Shown one piece after another: positions 1 through 13,129 of a DNA stretch of 64,000 bases. The notes under the pieces are model-generated. The model saw only the letters and a list, made by a program, of their open reading frames with translations. It searched no databases and had not been told where the DNA came from. The stretch's first letter is position 1, and each line of letters opens with the position of its first letter. Position numbers and translations under genes: made by a program. Origin of the DNA: Monocercomonoides exilis PA203 (taxonomy: Eukaryota > Protista > Preaxostyla); contig LSRY02000026.1 of the NCBI GenBank assembly GCA_001643675.2, positions 1,116,001-1,180,000 on the forward strand, in the 5' to 3' direction.

Positions 1-349
1 ATACCAAACCGAAATCTTGGCCTGCTTTGTGAAAGGATAACGACCGCGTCAGACTTGTTTTCTGTGGGTGCTGTGATGTATCAGCTGGCAGCGAAGCGTG
101 CTCCTTATAGAGTGTCTGCGCTGAAGGAGGAAGAGGAGGAGCTGTCGGAAGGGTTTGATTTTGTGTTTTGCGAAAAGCCAACATTTTTCTGCTCAAACAC
201 AAAAGCTGCTCTGCCTCCGAGTTTTCCGCCGTTCTATTCGCGCGCCCTCTTCGCAGTCATCGCAGATCTGCTGAGCATCGTGTGCTGTTCTGTTTTGCTT
301 TTGGTGCTGTTCTTTTCATCCGAGTCAAATAAAACTGTTTTTTTTGTAT

Positions 350-381
<32 letters not shown>

Positions 382-2114
382 CTTTTCTTTTATTCCACTT
401 CCCCATTCAAATCCACACAAAAATGTTGAATCTTCCCTCTTCGCCTCGAATGCCGTTGTGTTTCAAAGAACCCAGCCAAACGCCCCACAATCAGCGAGCT
501 GCTAGAAGTGCCTGAGATAAAAGCACAAACAGAGAGACTTTTGAGACATTCAGACGAAATTCTGCCTCATTCGAAGACTCAACAGACAGCGCAGCTGGCA
601 CACCTGCCTGATAATTCTATTGCTTCTCCTTTTTCTTCTTCTTCTTCTTCTTCTTCTTCTTTGCCTGATAAGCATTCACTTCAGCTTCCTCTGCCTTTTC
701 CTCCTCCTCCATTTTCATTTTCATCTTCTTCAACTGCAAACACTTCATTTTCTGATTATCCTCAAAATTCGTCTTCTTCTTCTTCTTCTTCTTCTTCTTC
801 TTCTTCTTCTTCTTCTTCTTCTTCTTCTTCTTCTTCTTCTTCTGTGTTTATCCCTTTTTATCCGTCTGGACAAAAGCATTTGCCATTGCAACATGAAGAT
901 GTTCCAGTATCAATGAAAGATTTAGATGAACCAAAAAGAGAAAAGCAGAAAGCAGATAAAGAAGAAAGGGAAGAAAGAGAAGAAAGAGATGGAAACAAAA
1001 TAGGAAAAGATGAAGATGAAGAGAAAGGAAAGGAAAAAGAGAAAGAAGACGAGATTTCAGATGCGAAAATAGAAAGTATGCAAAAAGCAGAAGAGAATAA
1101 GAAGGAAGAGAAAGATTTGAGCGATGAATATGACAGAAAAGATGTTAAAGACAAGAAATACACAGAAAATACAGAAAATACAGAAGAAGAAGAATATGAA
1201 GGAGTCAAAGAAGAAGAAGAAGAAGCAAAAGTTGAGGAGTCTTTTGAACGGATGCTGCTGATCCGCTTTGTGAACAGCGACGATTTGGCGGTTTGGAAAA
1301 GAGGATGAGGGAGAGAATGCTGTCTGTCTGTGTGGGGCATTTTTGGAAAGGAGAGAAAGGAACAACTGATAATTGCTGGAATTATCTATCTCTCTATTTA
1401 TTTAATATTATTATATTATTATATTATTCTTTCATTTATTTTTCTTCCTTCTTCCTTCTTTTTTCTTCTTTTTGAGTGCAGTCTCCACCAATCGAAGTGT
1501 CTGTCAGCAGCACAACACCCTTTTCAGCACTCGCCACACAACTCTCGAATGTGATCGGATTGGCGCCTGCCTCCATCTGCTGGTGGGCTGAGAGAAGAAG
1601 AGAGCAATTGAACTCATCCAGTTCTTCTTCTTCTTCTTCTTCTTCTCCTTCTCTTCATCAGGATGTTGTTAAAATCCCTCTGAATCTTCAGTCTGCAGAA
1701 GCAGTTGGCACCCTGCTGTTTGTCGAGCAGAGTTATCAAACAAAAGAAGAAGAAGAAGAAGGGGAAAAAGATAAATCTGTTTCACCTTCGCATTCCTCTC
1801 TCCTTTCAGCCGATGTATTCTATTGCATCGGCTCGCAGACAGATCATTTTCCGCCTGCACTCCGTTTCCTTTCACATGAACCTTCTTTTCTTTTCACTCC
1901 CTCCTCTTCTTCACTCAACACGCCTTCTTCTCCTTCTTCTCCTTCTTCTCCTTCTTCTTCTCCTCTCTCTGTTTCTCTATCAATTTCACCTCGACTGTCC
2001 AATCCCCTCGCATCCACTGAAGGCACATTCCTTTCCCCTTCTCACACACCTCAGCCCGCTTTCCCTTTGTCCTCTTCTCCTCCTTCATCTTCTCCTTCTC
2101 CTTCACCATCATGA
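1..2114 (+). CDS. 3' part of a Ser/Thr protein kinase gene (NEK-like C-lobe, long low-complexity tail); predicted exons <1-279, 469-1290, 1482-2114
   Basis: Frame 1 gives SDLFSVGAVMYQL (subdomain IX). A phase-0 GT..AG intron at 280-468 joins to NPAKRPTISELL (subdomain XI). A second phase-0 intron at 1291-1481 (GTTTGG..GCAG) joins ORFs 508..1308 and 1476..2114. Confidence 0.75.
773..843 (+). repeat. (TCT)n microsatellite encoding poly-Ser
   Basis: Uninterrupted TCT run inside the kinase tail exon. Confidence 0.95.
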
Positions 2115-3338
2115 ACAACAACAACAACAACAAAAATATTTCACAAACATATTTTTTGATTTTTTTATTCAATAACCATCTCTTTATTCATTTTCACCTC
2201 ATAACTCACAAATAAAAAGTGAACACACACATTTATTCGATTCGTTTTTCAAAGAACTTATTTTGATAAATGGGTGTTATTCATTCCAAAGCTATTCGTT
2301 CATAAGGATCTGAAGGAAATATGAATTTATTTCATAGAAGCGATGATTTTGGAGCCAGTTGAAACTTTTTCCTTTCCGAAAGTAGCATTTTGGAGAGATG
2401 GAAGTTGAAGACGCTGTTTTGAGGAAGAAAAGAAACATGAACATAAAAACAAAAAAAGAAGAATTTGGAGACAACATTTTTGAGTTCAAAGAGAAAAGCG
2501 ACCAAATTCCTGGATAATCGTTTTTGCACAATGGCAACCAGGAAAAATCATGCGATTAATATGATATTCACCGATGAGTGTGCGAGTGAATGTGAGTGTG
2601 TGTCGATCAAATGAACGAAGATGGAGGTTATGCTGGATCAGTGAAGTTGAATATGAATGTGTGTTAGAGCCAAAGATGGATAGAGCTGCAAGTGAATGAA
2701 CAGGGATTTGAAGTGGAAAGGGCCTTTTCTGTCTGTTTCATTGAGGTTCCTGAAAATGATTGTTGAACAAAATCCAAATGACAAATAAGAAACAGAAGAA
2801 TCGAATGGCGATCGAATCTGGTTGATTCTGTCAGGACTTTCATCGCAAACACTTCAGCAGATTCGAAATTGTCGGGCTGACTCGAAAGTCACTCGAGTAA
2901 AAATGGTTCTGCAGTGAGTTCAACTTGAATAATTATATCCTCCAAGAATAATAAAAGGTGTCAACGTTGTCATGTTGCTTCAAACAGAACAAACAAAGAA
3001 AAAGTGTGCAATGATACTGATACAATCAAAGATTCAAAAGCACAAAGAAATGAAAAAGGAAAACTGAAACAAAAACCATCAAGGAGATAAAAGTCAACCA
3101 AGATAAACAAAATAGAACTTTTCCATCAAAGCATTGATTGCTTCAGCTTTGTTGTTTATCTCCAAAACAAGGTGAAATATGCAATGGGACAAACTTTACG
3201 AAACAACAGATCGAACTTATGAACAGGTTTCACAAATGAACAATCAATTTATGATCGAACGAAGTGAGACAGGATTTGCTCCTCAATAATGAGTTCTGAA
3301 ATCCCTCACTCTTTTTTCACCTCTGATCTTAGACCCTC

Positions 3339-4760
3339 CTACCAAGCACGATCTAGTGTTGCGGATGTTTGGAGGGACTGCGGATGAAAGTGCAGCCCTT
3401 GTCTCAACTCCCTCCCTCTCTTGGAATGTTTTCGGGGTGTTCTTGATCGGGTCTTCTGCAGCTGAACCGTCATGGCAATTTGCACTATGCTCCTCTCACC
3501 GCGTTTCCTCCGATCAGTTTCAAACTTTTTCTGTGAGGCAGTCTGTCTGCCCTTCGTCAGCTCCATGATGCTGCGGGGAATTGTGGGGGCTGTCTCATCA
3601 CCTTCGGGGGGTTCTGTTATACCGCTCTCGTGCTGCGAACTCCTCTCTCGAATTGGCCCTCGTCTCTTCGATCTCTTTCTCTTGCCCATCTCCACTTCTC
3701 CCCCCACTTGTGATGTCTCTTCAGGATACTCCTTTGTTTCAGATTCTGTGTTCTCATTTTCAATATCCTTTCTTTCGCTATCCTTCTCCGACTTGTCTCC
3801 CTTTCCTGCAAGGGGTACTGGGCTGCCGATTGTCTCCAGGATCCATCTCGTGTCTTGAATTGGTAGCACGGCGTAATATTCCTGGTCAACTCTCGAACCT
3901 GGCTCCCATCTCGCGTTCGCATTGATTATTTTCCAATCTGCATCTTGTTGTCTTGCTGAATGTGTTATCACAGCGTGTCTTATAGAAAACGCGGTAAATG
4001 TGTCGGGTATTCCGTTCTCTCTCAGGACAGCCACTAATTCTTCTTTGATCCTCTGCAAGTTTGCAGGTTGATTATCACCAATATCGAACAACACATGTTC
4101 GTTTTTTAAAGTCGTCTTAGGATAGTCCATCCAACGTTGGAGCGCTGCAACTGCATCGATACTTGGGTTTGAATGTTTATTTATAATAACCTTATCCGTC
4201 TCTCCCCCTGATGTTTTTGTTTGTACTTGTGTCTGGACTAACTCGTCCCTTTATATCGTTGTCTCTCTTCTCATTCTTTCCAGCTCTGCTGCTATTAAAG
4301 CAACAAAAATCATGGTGAGGATGAGAGTTCTCCTCTGGAGGGTCTGTGGGTCCGTCCAATCGTGGGTGGCTTCTGCCCATTTCGTGATAATTGTGAGATC
4401 CCACATCGTCTTGCACCGTCTGCCCTTTCTCGGCTTATCTCCCACAAAAGTGTTTGGAAATATTTCTATATCCATCCCATCAATCGTCTCATTAATTCCT
4501 CCGCTTGAAAGGTTAATATTCGAAAGTGTTTCAGTGAACTCTGCCATGATCCATTTGGCATCTTTGGTTGTGAGGGGGTCAGTATCATCCATGCTTTCTC
4601 TGTCCAAATATTGCTTAAATCTTCGCAGCGCTCTCCACGTATCCCTTTAACTCTTCTGATTTTTCAGTATTGCTGCTGCTATGTCGTTCGCTCCAACGTG
4701 TTCTCCACATGTTTGAAAAAGAGGTCTCTTCCTTGTATATTCTCTTCTCCAGTATAACGC
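3339..4760 (-). pseudogene. Tyrosine recombinase of DIRS element A (frameshifted)
   Basis: Fragments LILTMIFVALIAAELERM (box I; the catalytic Arg position reads Ile), FTAFSIRHAVIT, NARW and QEYY, followed by a low-complexity tail. Confidence 0.8.
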
Positions 4761-6660
4761 CTATAACCTCTCCTGGGGGTAGTTTCCAGCCTTCCCTCCT
4801 CATCTTCGCTCCAGGAATTATGCACTCCTGAAAGGTCCCCAGGGTCTTTATTAAATGCCCAGACTGCATCAGCGGGGTCCAAGTCTGCACCCACCAGGCG
4901 GGTGGAATCAGAATCGTCAGATTCTTCTGAGGCTCGTTCATTCTCTCTTTCAGCACCCGTCCAATGTTTCTCAGGAACGGATGGACTAGTAAGATGTCGT
5001 CTTCTGGCATTTCTCTCTCTCTCTCTTCCTTCTCAGAAAGGATATTCTCCAAGTACTTCCGCAGGGCACCTGCGCAATCTGTTCGTAGAATGTATCTAGT
5101 ATTTTCGGTGCGACTATTTGCAATATCTCTGCGACTTTCTCCCCCCTCAGTTCACAGTACGGCTTTCTCGCCATCCGGCTTAGTGCATCAACTACAGTGT
5201 TCTGTTCTCCCGGGAGATGTTCCGTCTGTATTGTCATGTCCAGGCTATTCAGTTTCTTCTTTTATGCCCTCGGTGTTGGAATGAGCGATGGCACTCCCCT
5301 CTTCTTCTGTATTGTCCATCTCGTGGACATATTGTCTGTCCTCAGACGAATATGGTCTATCTTCTGTTGTTGCAGCTATGCTCCTTTCTTTTTTAAAGTC
5401 CTCAACACTGCTCTGGACTCCTTCTTGTTGATTGCTTGCGTGCTCTCCTGGAGGGTCCAACTTCAGTGGAAGTTATTCTTCTACCCTCCGCTCTCTGTCG
5501 GAATTGCCAGCACTGCACCCCATCCCTCCTCTGAGGAGTATGTTATTAACTCTGCTGGCCTTTCTCATCAACTCAGACTCCTTGGTCTGTTCTCTTGCAG
5601 GATTTTCTTCCAATGTGTTAATTCTCTCAACATCATTGAGTCGGCTATCACAGTTCTGTTCCGGCCCCCGCGGGCTATCGCCTGCCTCAGCACGTATTGC
5701 ATGAACTTCATCCACAAGCTCGCTGGTGAGTATTGCAGCCTCACGAAATTCAACCTTCCGAGGAGTGCTGCTTAATCCCTCGTCCTTTGTCTCTTCCTTT
5801 TCTTTGCAAATGCTATCTAGGTTCACACGTCCTCAAGGAGCAGCACTCTCTTCCTCTCTTAAAGCATCACTTCCATCTTCTCCGAATTCCACAGCCACCC
5901 AGAAACTCCGTACTCCTTGTGGGTTCCAATTTCAGCTTCTCTTCCGACAATATCCAGCCCAGATTTCTCAGGAACTGGGCTATCTCATGTGAGATCGATC
6001 TCAAAACTTCCCTGTCTGGGTGCATGAGGAGAATGACGTCCAGATAAATTACTCGCTTCACTTTCCATTTTTCTCTGATATTTGACGCTTCCATTCTCGT
6101 TATTTTTGTAAATATTCTGGCCTCATCTTTCGCTCCAAATGGCATCCCAACGTGAGCATAGCATTGACTTTGTTAGATGAAGCGCAGAAAGGGACTGAAT
6201 TGCTCGTCCACCTTGACATGTTGGTATGCACTCGATATATCCAGAGTTGTCATCCAGTCGTTCTCCTCCAGGAGTTCCACCACTTTCTCCTGGGAATCCA
6301 TCTTGAAATGCTTTCCCTGCACTTCCTCGTTTAGAGCTCTGCAATCCAGGATCTTCCTCCACTTTCCGTTCTTTTTTCTAACCATGAATGTCGGGTTGAA
6401 CCACTTCACTTCTGACTCCTGAATGGGCTTCACCACACCTTCCTTCAACTCCTCCTCTAAGAGGGATAAATAATTGTTTGTCATTTCTGTCATCCCCCGA
6501 AACTCTTGTCTGTGTTTTCTCTCCTTTAGTGAGATTGGGGATTGGGGGCTTTTCCATCAAGCTCTTATTCTACGGCTCACTAGTTTGTCTCCCCCAATCT
6601 TCTTCCACTCGTTCAGTCTGTTCACTAGTCTCCCATACAGCAGTTCCTTCAGTGGTCCAA
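4720..6660 (-). pseudogene. pol (RT - RNase H - N6-adenine methyltransferase-like) of DIRS element A
   Basis: WFNPTFMVRKKNGKWRKILDCRALN, LDISSAYQHV, MPFG, IYLDVILL (YxDD with the second D lost), EHLPGEQNTVVDALSR (RNase H end), LLVHPFLRNIGRVL..LIPPAWWVQTWTPL (MT-like). Many frameshifts. Confidence 0.85.
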
Positions 6661-7199
6661 TCGCAATTCTCCCCTTCACTTCTGGCGTCTTGTGGCCATG
6701 CTTCATCTCTGTATCTTCTTCTGTTGCGTGAGTATCGACAATAACTATCTTCGAGTTCTCCTCCAGAGCACTCCCAATTGGGGACTCGAAAACAGTCCCA
6801 GAATGTCTCCAGACTCACTTCTTCTTCTTGTGGGATCTCCGATCGTTCTTCTGTCTTGTGTTGCTGGGATGTGCGGAGTCTTCTTCTGTTTTCGTTGTGT
6901 CATGTTGCGCATCTTCATTCAATATCTCCATCGCGAAATCCCCTGTGATTTCCCGTTGTTTTTTCTTCTCTTGATCAAACGTACTCACCACCTCTTTGAT
7001 ATTCTCCAACTGTCTCTGCTCTTCCGTCTTCATTTCCATCTCGCAACGAGCTGTTGTTTCTTGTGAAATAGTCATTTCGCTGGAGCCTGACAATCTCTTC
7101 TCTTTCTCTGTCAAGCTGCAAAGCGCAGCTCTCTCTGCTCTCTCTTCTCTCTCTCCTTTCTCCCTCGATACTCCTGTGCCCATTTGCTCGTTCCGATTG

Positions 7200-8292
7200 T
7201 CAATTCCACAGCTGTTCCCACTTGAGTCCTTGGAGGAGCTGTGTGTGATGACAAAACGATTGAAGCTTGCTTCCCAACGATGGTTGGGGAGTACAATGAA
7301 AGAAACTGGGGTATTCTCTTTCTCCCTCTGAAGCCTGTGAAGCTCCTTCTGTATCCCCTTCTTTGAAGCAGTCTGTATTCAAAACCCAAGGTGCTCCTTC
7401 CCGAACTGTATCTTTTCGGGGTCCACTTCTGGACGTTGCAAGGCCAAAAGCTGCTTATGAATCGGGAAATGCACAGTTCCCTGCGGTATCTCTCTCTGCT
7501 TGAAAAAAGCTGGTGCTCTCCACCAACTTCCATAAATTCTCTGGCACCTCTAGGCCATTCCTCCTTCCAGAAACCCTTTCGCGCTCTCCCAGTTCGATTA
7601 GGGCATAGCCTTCAACAGGTCAATAAGACTGACACAGAAGGCAATAAGCGCATCGGCGCAAAACAGTCCTCTCAGTCGTTCTTTTTCTTCATCTTTGAGG
7701 AACGAAATTCTCAATTCCTTCGACGTGAGGGCTACGATTGCTTTCGCTGCTTCAAAGCCCGATTCAAGAGCCGGCTGGAGGAGTTCAATGACTCGTATCG
7801 CTTCTTGTGAGTCCCTTCTTCCCTCAGCTGTGACCGCTATCACAGCCAAGGCATTCCAGCTTATATCCGTATGTCTGGTGAAAAACATATTTTTCATTTT
7901 CCGGGATAAATGTTTTTCAAATATCATCATTTATTCTGATTGATCCAGCCTTACAAAACTCAATAAACTTTCTCAACTCGCTCACTTGTCTCCGGGGCGT
8001 CAACCACTCCCTGGGAAAAATTCTGGAAAAGTCTCGTGAGCATTCTTCTTCTTCCTGCAGCTCTTGCTCTTCCGACTCCCAGTCGCTCTCTTCTTCGTCC
8101 TCCAGTCTCTTCATTCGGCTATATGTGCGACGTTCTTTCTCACTCTGTCCTTGTGAACCCCTCGCGATCACTTCAATAAAATTTGCGTCCGACTCCAACT
8201 TGCTCGATCTCGATCTGTTTCATCTTCTTTGTCGTAATCTCTTCTATTTCTTCAATGGTGCAATCTTCTCAGCTCCGGATTGAGTTTGCCAT
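7200..8292 (-). pseudogene. gag-like ORF1 fragments of DIRS element A
   Basis: Broken helical/acidic ORFs 7917..8198 and 7598..7930 lie upstream of pol inside the inverted repeats. Called from position only. Confidence 0.5.
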
Positions 8293-10299
8293 GTTTGGCT
8301 CTTAGCGAATTCTTCCATCACATTTTCCACTCTCCTTTGTCTATGTATCAGATCAAAATCCATTCCCTCTCCGTCTCTGTTTGATTGTCAAACAGGTTCT
8401 TGTTCCATTTCAAGTGCGGACAATGATGTTCAAAAAAAAGTAAGTATTAGCGAAGTTTGATCTGAAACCACCCCAGAACGAATGGAATACTTATAATTGA
8501 GGAGCAAACATGCTCGGTGCGTTTATTGATTTGCTCTATTGAGAATAATTAGAATTCTTCAACCATCAGAACCAAAATTGCATCAAAGAATCTACTAACT
8601 TTCTTATTTGCTGAAGTGTTGTTTTCAAAACAAAAATATGGAATATTGAACACTCGGAATTTATGAAAAAAATCAGACAAAACCACTTTCATGAAGAAAT
8701 GGAGTAGCAATTTATCGCTATTCATTTTCGAAGTTTTTTGTTATTTTTTTAACTTTGAGGACTTCCTCCTCATCATTTCAGTCAAACTGTCTGGTTGCAG
8801 CAATAAATTACAATTCCTTTTTTTCTGTCATATTTCATTTCAATCCTTTCATCTTCATCTGAGCAGCCAGTCTTCATCCAGCACAAAGCAATGCGTATTT
8901 CTTGGTTTCTGCATGAATTCGAGATATCACTCTGCATGAGATGCTTGATGAAAAATGCCAATCAAGAAACAACAAAAAACATCGAAAATGATGTTTGTGG
9001 AGAAAATGAGAAATGTGTGACATTCAGAGCGTTTGAAGCGGAAAGCAATGAAACAGATTGCAAACAATGGAAGATCGAAAGCAGTGGATGAATACAGATC
9101 TCACAAATTTCGATTATATTGCATTTGGGAAATTTTTTTTGTCAAACACAAAGTGAGAAGAGAATATAGCAACAGAAGATTGAACAAACTGAAATAAGTG
9201 AGATAAACAGCTTCTTTTTAATGATATTCTCTTCTTCCTCTGTTGTTTCCTTTTCAACTTCTTTTCAGCAACCTCAACTTGCACCGCATCTGAATTCTCT
9301 CAGATTTATTGTGCTGACAGTACAACGAAAACAAAAGACCTTGTCGATAACTCGGTATGAGACAATGAAGCTCAACACAGATGGCTCTGAAAGTGAACAT
9401 TCATGAGAACAGAAGAATGGGAGGGAAAAGGATGAAGAGAAAAAAATGAGTCAAACTCTGCAAGGGAGTTAAGAACTGCTATTGTCATTTTATTACTCCC
9501 ACTGCTGCTGAATGCAGAAAGAAGAGAAAGAGAAAGGAGCACATTTGGAGAAGAGCAGAAGGAGAACATATTTGTCACTCGAAATGGGTTGATTGAGAAG
9601 TGAAAGAAAAAATTTCCATCAGGTGAAATGAGAGTGATGATGAAGACAGTGTTAGAAAAAGGGAAGTGAAAAGGAGAGAAAAGGAAGAGTTGGAGAATGT
9701 GGAAGAAGAAGATGAAAGAGGGGAAGAAATAGCATTTTCAAAAAAACAATGATTGTTGAGGAGAATTCAATGTTGATTCAAACACTTGAGCTGCAAGAGC
9801 AGGAACTTTGGATAAGCATGCAGCTTGCAAAATGAGAATTAAGAAATGTTGAGCTGAAAAAGAAAAAACAATGCTGTGAATCGAGGGTGAAACTTTGGCT
9901 TCATAAACAGAAAAAAATAAAGAAACAACTTGATTGAGACAGCTCTCACCATATCCTCTCCTCCTGCACGCATTCACACCAAGAGAAAAAGACCCATTCT
10001 TCTCCCTTCTCTTCTCCCATCTTCTTTCCTCTCTAACTCCAAACCTGAAAACTCACCCTGACTCTCCTACTCCAATAACCTTGTTCTTCCATTTTCCAAA
10101 TTGAAGCCTTCTTGAGAGAGATCATGACCCGGAGCGTCTTTTTTGAATTGAGGGTTTGCCCGAGAGATGTGAATATATAATCTTTTTCGTAATCCCAAGG
10201 TCTTTCTCTTTCTGGCGCATGAACTCACATTATCTGAGGTATTGGTCTTGAACTGCTTGATTCAAACTTGTGTTCTTATTCTTTTTCTTTATTGATAAG

Positions 10300-11135
10300 T
10301 TTTATTCACTCCAAGAGAATCCCTTTCAAAGAATCAACCCTCATTGCCTTTGCTGTTCATAATCCGAATCTTCACTGAAACCTTATCGTTCAAGTCTCGT
10401 TAAGAGCTTTTCACATCAGCAAAGAAACACGAGAAACCATTTGTCTTCTTTCTTTTTTTGATGTGGATAACTGAGCTTATCAGTTGAACACTGACTTTGC
10501 TTCTTGACATTTTTTTGTCTTTTCATGAAAGTCTGCTTTATCAGTAGCATCATTTATCCAATTTTAAGATCCTCTTGCAGAGAATGGTTCAAACAAGTGG
10601 CATGGTGAAAATATGGTTCAAATATTCTTCCAACAAATCCTGATTTCAACTTGTTTGTACGTTTCCATCAAAAACAAAAGAATAAAGCTCCTGCACAAAA
10701 AGGGTTTCAAACACCTGACAGATGTGCTGGGATATATCCATAAAGCCTTCTTTCTCTTTTCAATCTGAGGAAAATCTCTTTTCATGTGTTTTCATATCCA
10801 ATGAAGCAAACATTAAAAAAGAAGAAGAAGCAAAGATATTTGGTTGCTATCGTGCTCCTGCTTGGCATTGCTCCACATCGTTCAGAATTGCTGATTCAGC
10901 CAATTGAGAAAATCATGCTAATGGAGGGAATAACGAACCTGATATCATTGAATAAAAGTTGTGATTGGCACAAATATTGTGGCATCTCGAAAACAAAAGA
11001 AGGAACGGATGAGACACTTTTATCTTCGATAACTTTAACATGTTTTATGACATTTGCTTTTGACATGTGCATCTTCAACAGAGAAGCGCATGTTCGATCA
11101 CAAAAAAAATTGAATTTCTCTAAATTATATATCAT
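10300..11135 (-). pseudogene. Possible highly decayed hAT-like transposase fragment
   Basis: Minus strand LYSFVFDGN followed, after a frameshift, by HATCLNHSLQ. This resembles the second catalytic D plus CxxH motif. Confidence 0.3.
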
Positions 11136-11479
11136 TATTTTTTCTTTTGTTCATTGTAGAAGAAGTGATTGAGTGAAATTCGGAGAAAAAGATAAAATGC
11201 ATTGAAAAAATAAATTGACTGACTATTTCTTTGAGAGGAAGATGTCAAAGAAGATGAAGATGAAAAAGATTGATTTCATTGCACCTGTTTTTTTTTTTCC
11301 TCCACACAAATGTTTGAAGCATTTGTGTGAAATTTCATTTTGAGTTTTATTGATCCAAAAAGTTCAACCTTCATGGGGTAAATATAATACAAACAAATTG
11401 ACTCAATTGTTTTCGATTTTGTGAGATGAATACAAAAAAGAAAAAAAAATACGGAGTTACAAAATACAAGGTATTTTCT

Positions 11480-12830
11480 CAAACGCTCACAAAATAATCA
11501 GAAATATTCAAAGTTAAATAAGCTCTGCATAAAATACAGAAAAATCACGAATACATTTTTGAAAGCTCAGTAAGATGTCTTCGTACCCTTCTTCTTCCAT
11601 CTTTTCATGCAACTCCATTTTGACAATTTGTCGTTTCGCTTCTTCAATTTCATCATCCTCTTCTTTTTTCAATCGCATTAAAATTGCATTAAAAAAATTC
11701 AAGCATTCATGTATAATTTCATCATTTAGTGTTTGCTGCTGAATCTCCTCCAAAACAGCATCAATAATACCGCCTTTTAACAAGCAATCAACACTCAATG
11801 CCACTCCATAAACAATTAGTCCAAATAAATAAAAGCATTCCTTGCATATGTCTCTGTGATTATCCTTTGCTGCTCGAAATAATTTCAAAATGCTTCTGAT
11901 AAGCCCAATGCATTCTTCATTCCTCGATTCGTGAAAGTGAAAATAAAACTCCAACTTATTGAGCCATCTCATCAAAACAAGCTCTTCTTTCGTTTCTTTT
12001 TCTCTATCCTCTTCTTTCTCTCTCTTCCAATCCACACATTTCATCAGCTCTTCCAATTCTCTTCCTGCTTCTCTCGCAAAATGCAGCTCATTTTCAATTA
12101 CTCCTAGTAAGCCTTTCTCATCCCAAAATCTGTCCGTCAAAATTTTCCAAACAGATTGATAGGCGAGTCGTGTCAGATTGTGATGCTCTTGATGATATTG
12201 AATGATCTCTCTGATTTCATCCATGAAAAGTTTTTGCATCCTTTCATTTTCAAAAAAATAGACAGAAAGCTATTAAAAAATGAAATAAAAAATGAAATAA
12301 AAAATGAAATAAAAAATGTTCTAACATATTTACTAAAATTGCTCAGCGCCAATAAAGCGATTTCCACCTCTTTTTGCATTTCCTCGCTTCCCTCTTTCTT
12401 CAATGCAACCTTCAGAAGATGAGACCTACAAATTGAATGCAATTCCAAAGAAATCCCTTCGTTAAGCAAAAGATAGCATTCGCAAAGATCAATCATCAGC
12501 TTTTCATTCTTTTCTTCTTTTTTCTGTTCTTCTTCAACAATCATCTTCTCAAATCTTCTATTCAATGAAGACTCTTGAAAACAGAAAAGCCAATTATTTT
12601 TTATAACTTTGCTATATCCAATATGTTTCAGCAGAACGAATGCATTTTCCATTGATATTATCTTTTCTTCAATCATTTGATCTATTTCATTGAACACTTC
12701 ATTTGTGAAAATGAATCTGATTTCATCCTCGTTCATTTCATCAATCATTTCATTCATTTCTTCGATTTTCTGTTTCTGCTCATCTTTAGCGCAATTCTTT
12801 AGTTGAGATAGCTTTTCTAAAATATGTTCA
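11480..12830 (-). CDS. Member of an expanded lineage-specific alpha-helical protein family (paralog of 17468..18868); intron 12270-12325; frameshift near the C-terminus
   Basis: ORFs 12173..12856 and 11514..12239 join in phase 0 through GTTAGA..AATAG. Shares EAKRQIVKMELHEKMEEEGYED with the paralog. The terminal LNISDYFVSV* is out of frame. Confidence 0.7.
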
Positions 12831-13129
12831 AAAATATAAAAAACAATCGTTAACAAAACGAAATGGCGTGCCTAGAAATAAAGGCTCCATTGAAGTTGGC
12901 TGCGAAATCACAAAATGAATCAAAAATAACAAATGAATTCATTTTTCAGAATTGTCGTTAATATTCGCATCAAATGATTCAAAAATACAAAATCAAATAT
13001 CTAACAGCATAAAAGTCCATACGTCTTCGTATTCCATCATTGATTTTGCCTCAAAACAAGTAAATCTTTGAATAAAAAAAATCTTCTTTTGGTTTTAGTA
13101 AATAAGGGTTTGCAACCTTTAATTTTATA

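Larger units (their letters stand above)
3265..8515 (-). mobile_element. Degenerate DIRS-type tyrosine-recombinase retrotransposon (family A)
   Basis: Minus-strand order is gag-like, RT, RNase H, adenine-methyltransferase-like, tyrosine recombinase. Inverted repeat core TTTGCTCCTCAAT at 3275-3287 and ATTGAGGAGCAAA at 8496-8508. Outer limits approximate. Confidence 0.85.

Noticed and set aside
620-2175. Poly-Leu and poly-Glu/Lys ORFs in alternative frames and on the opposite strand
   Set aside because: They are shadows of the (TCT)n tracts in the kinase gene.
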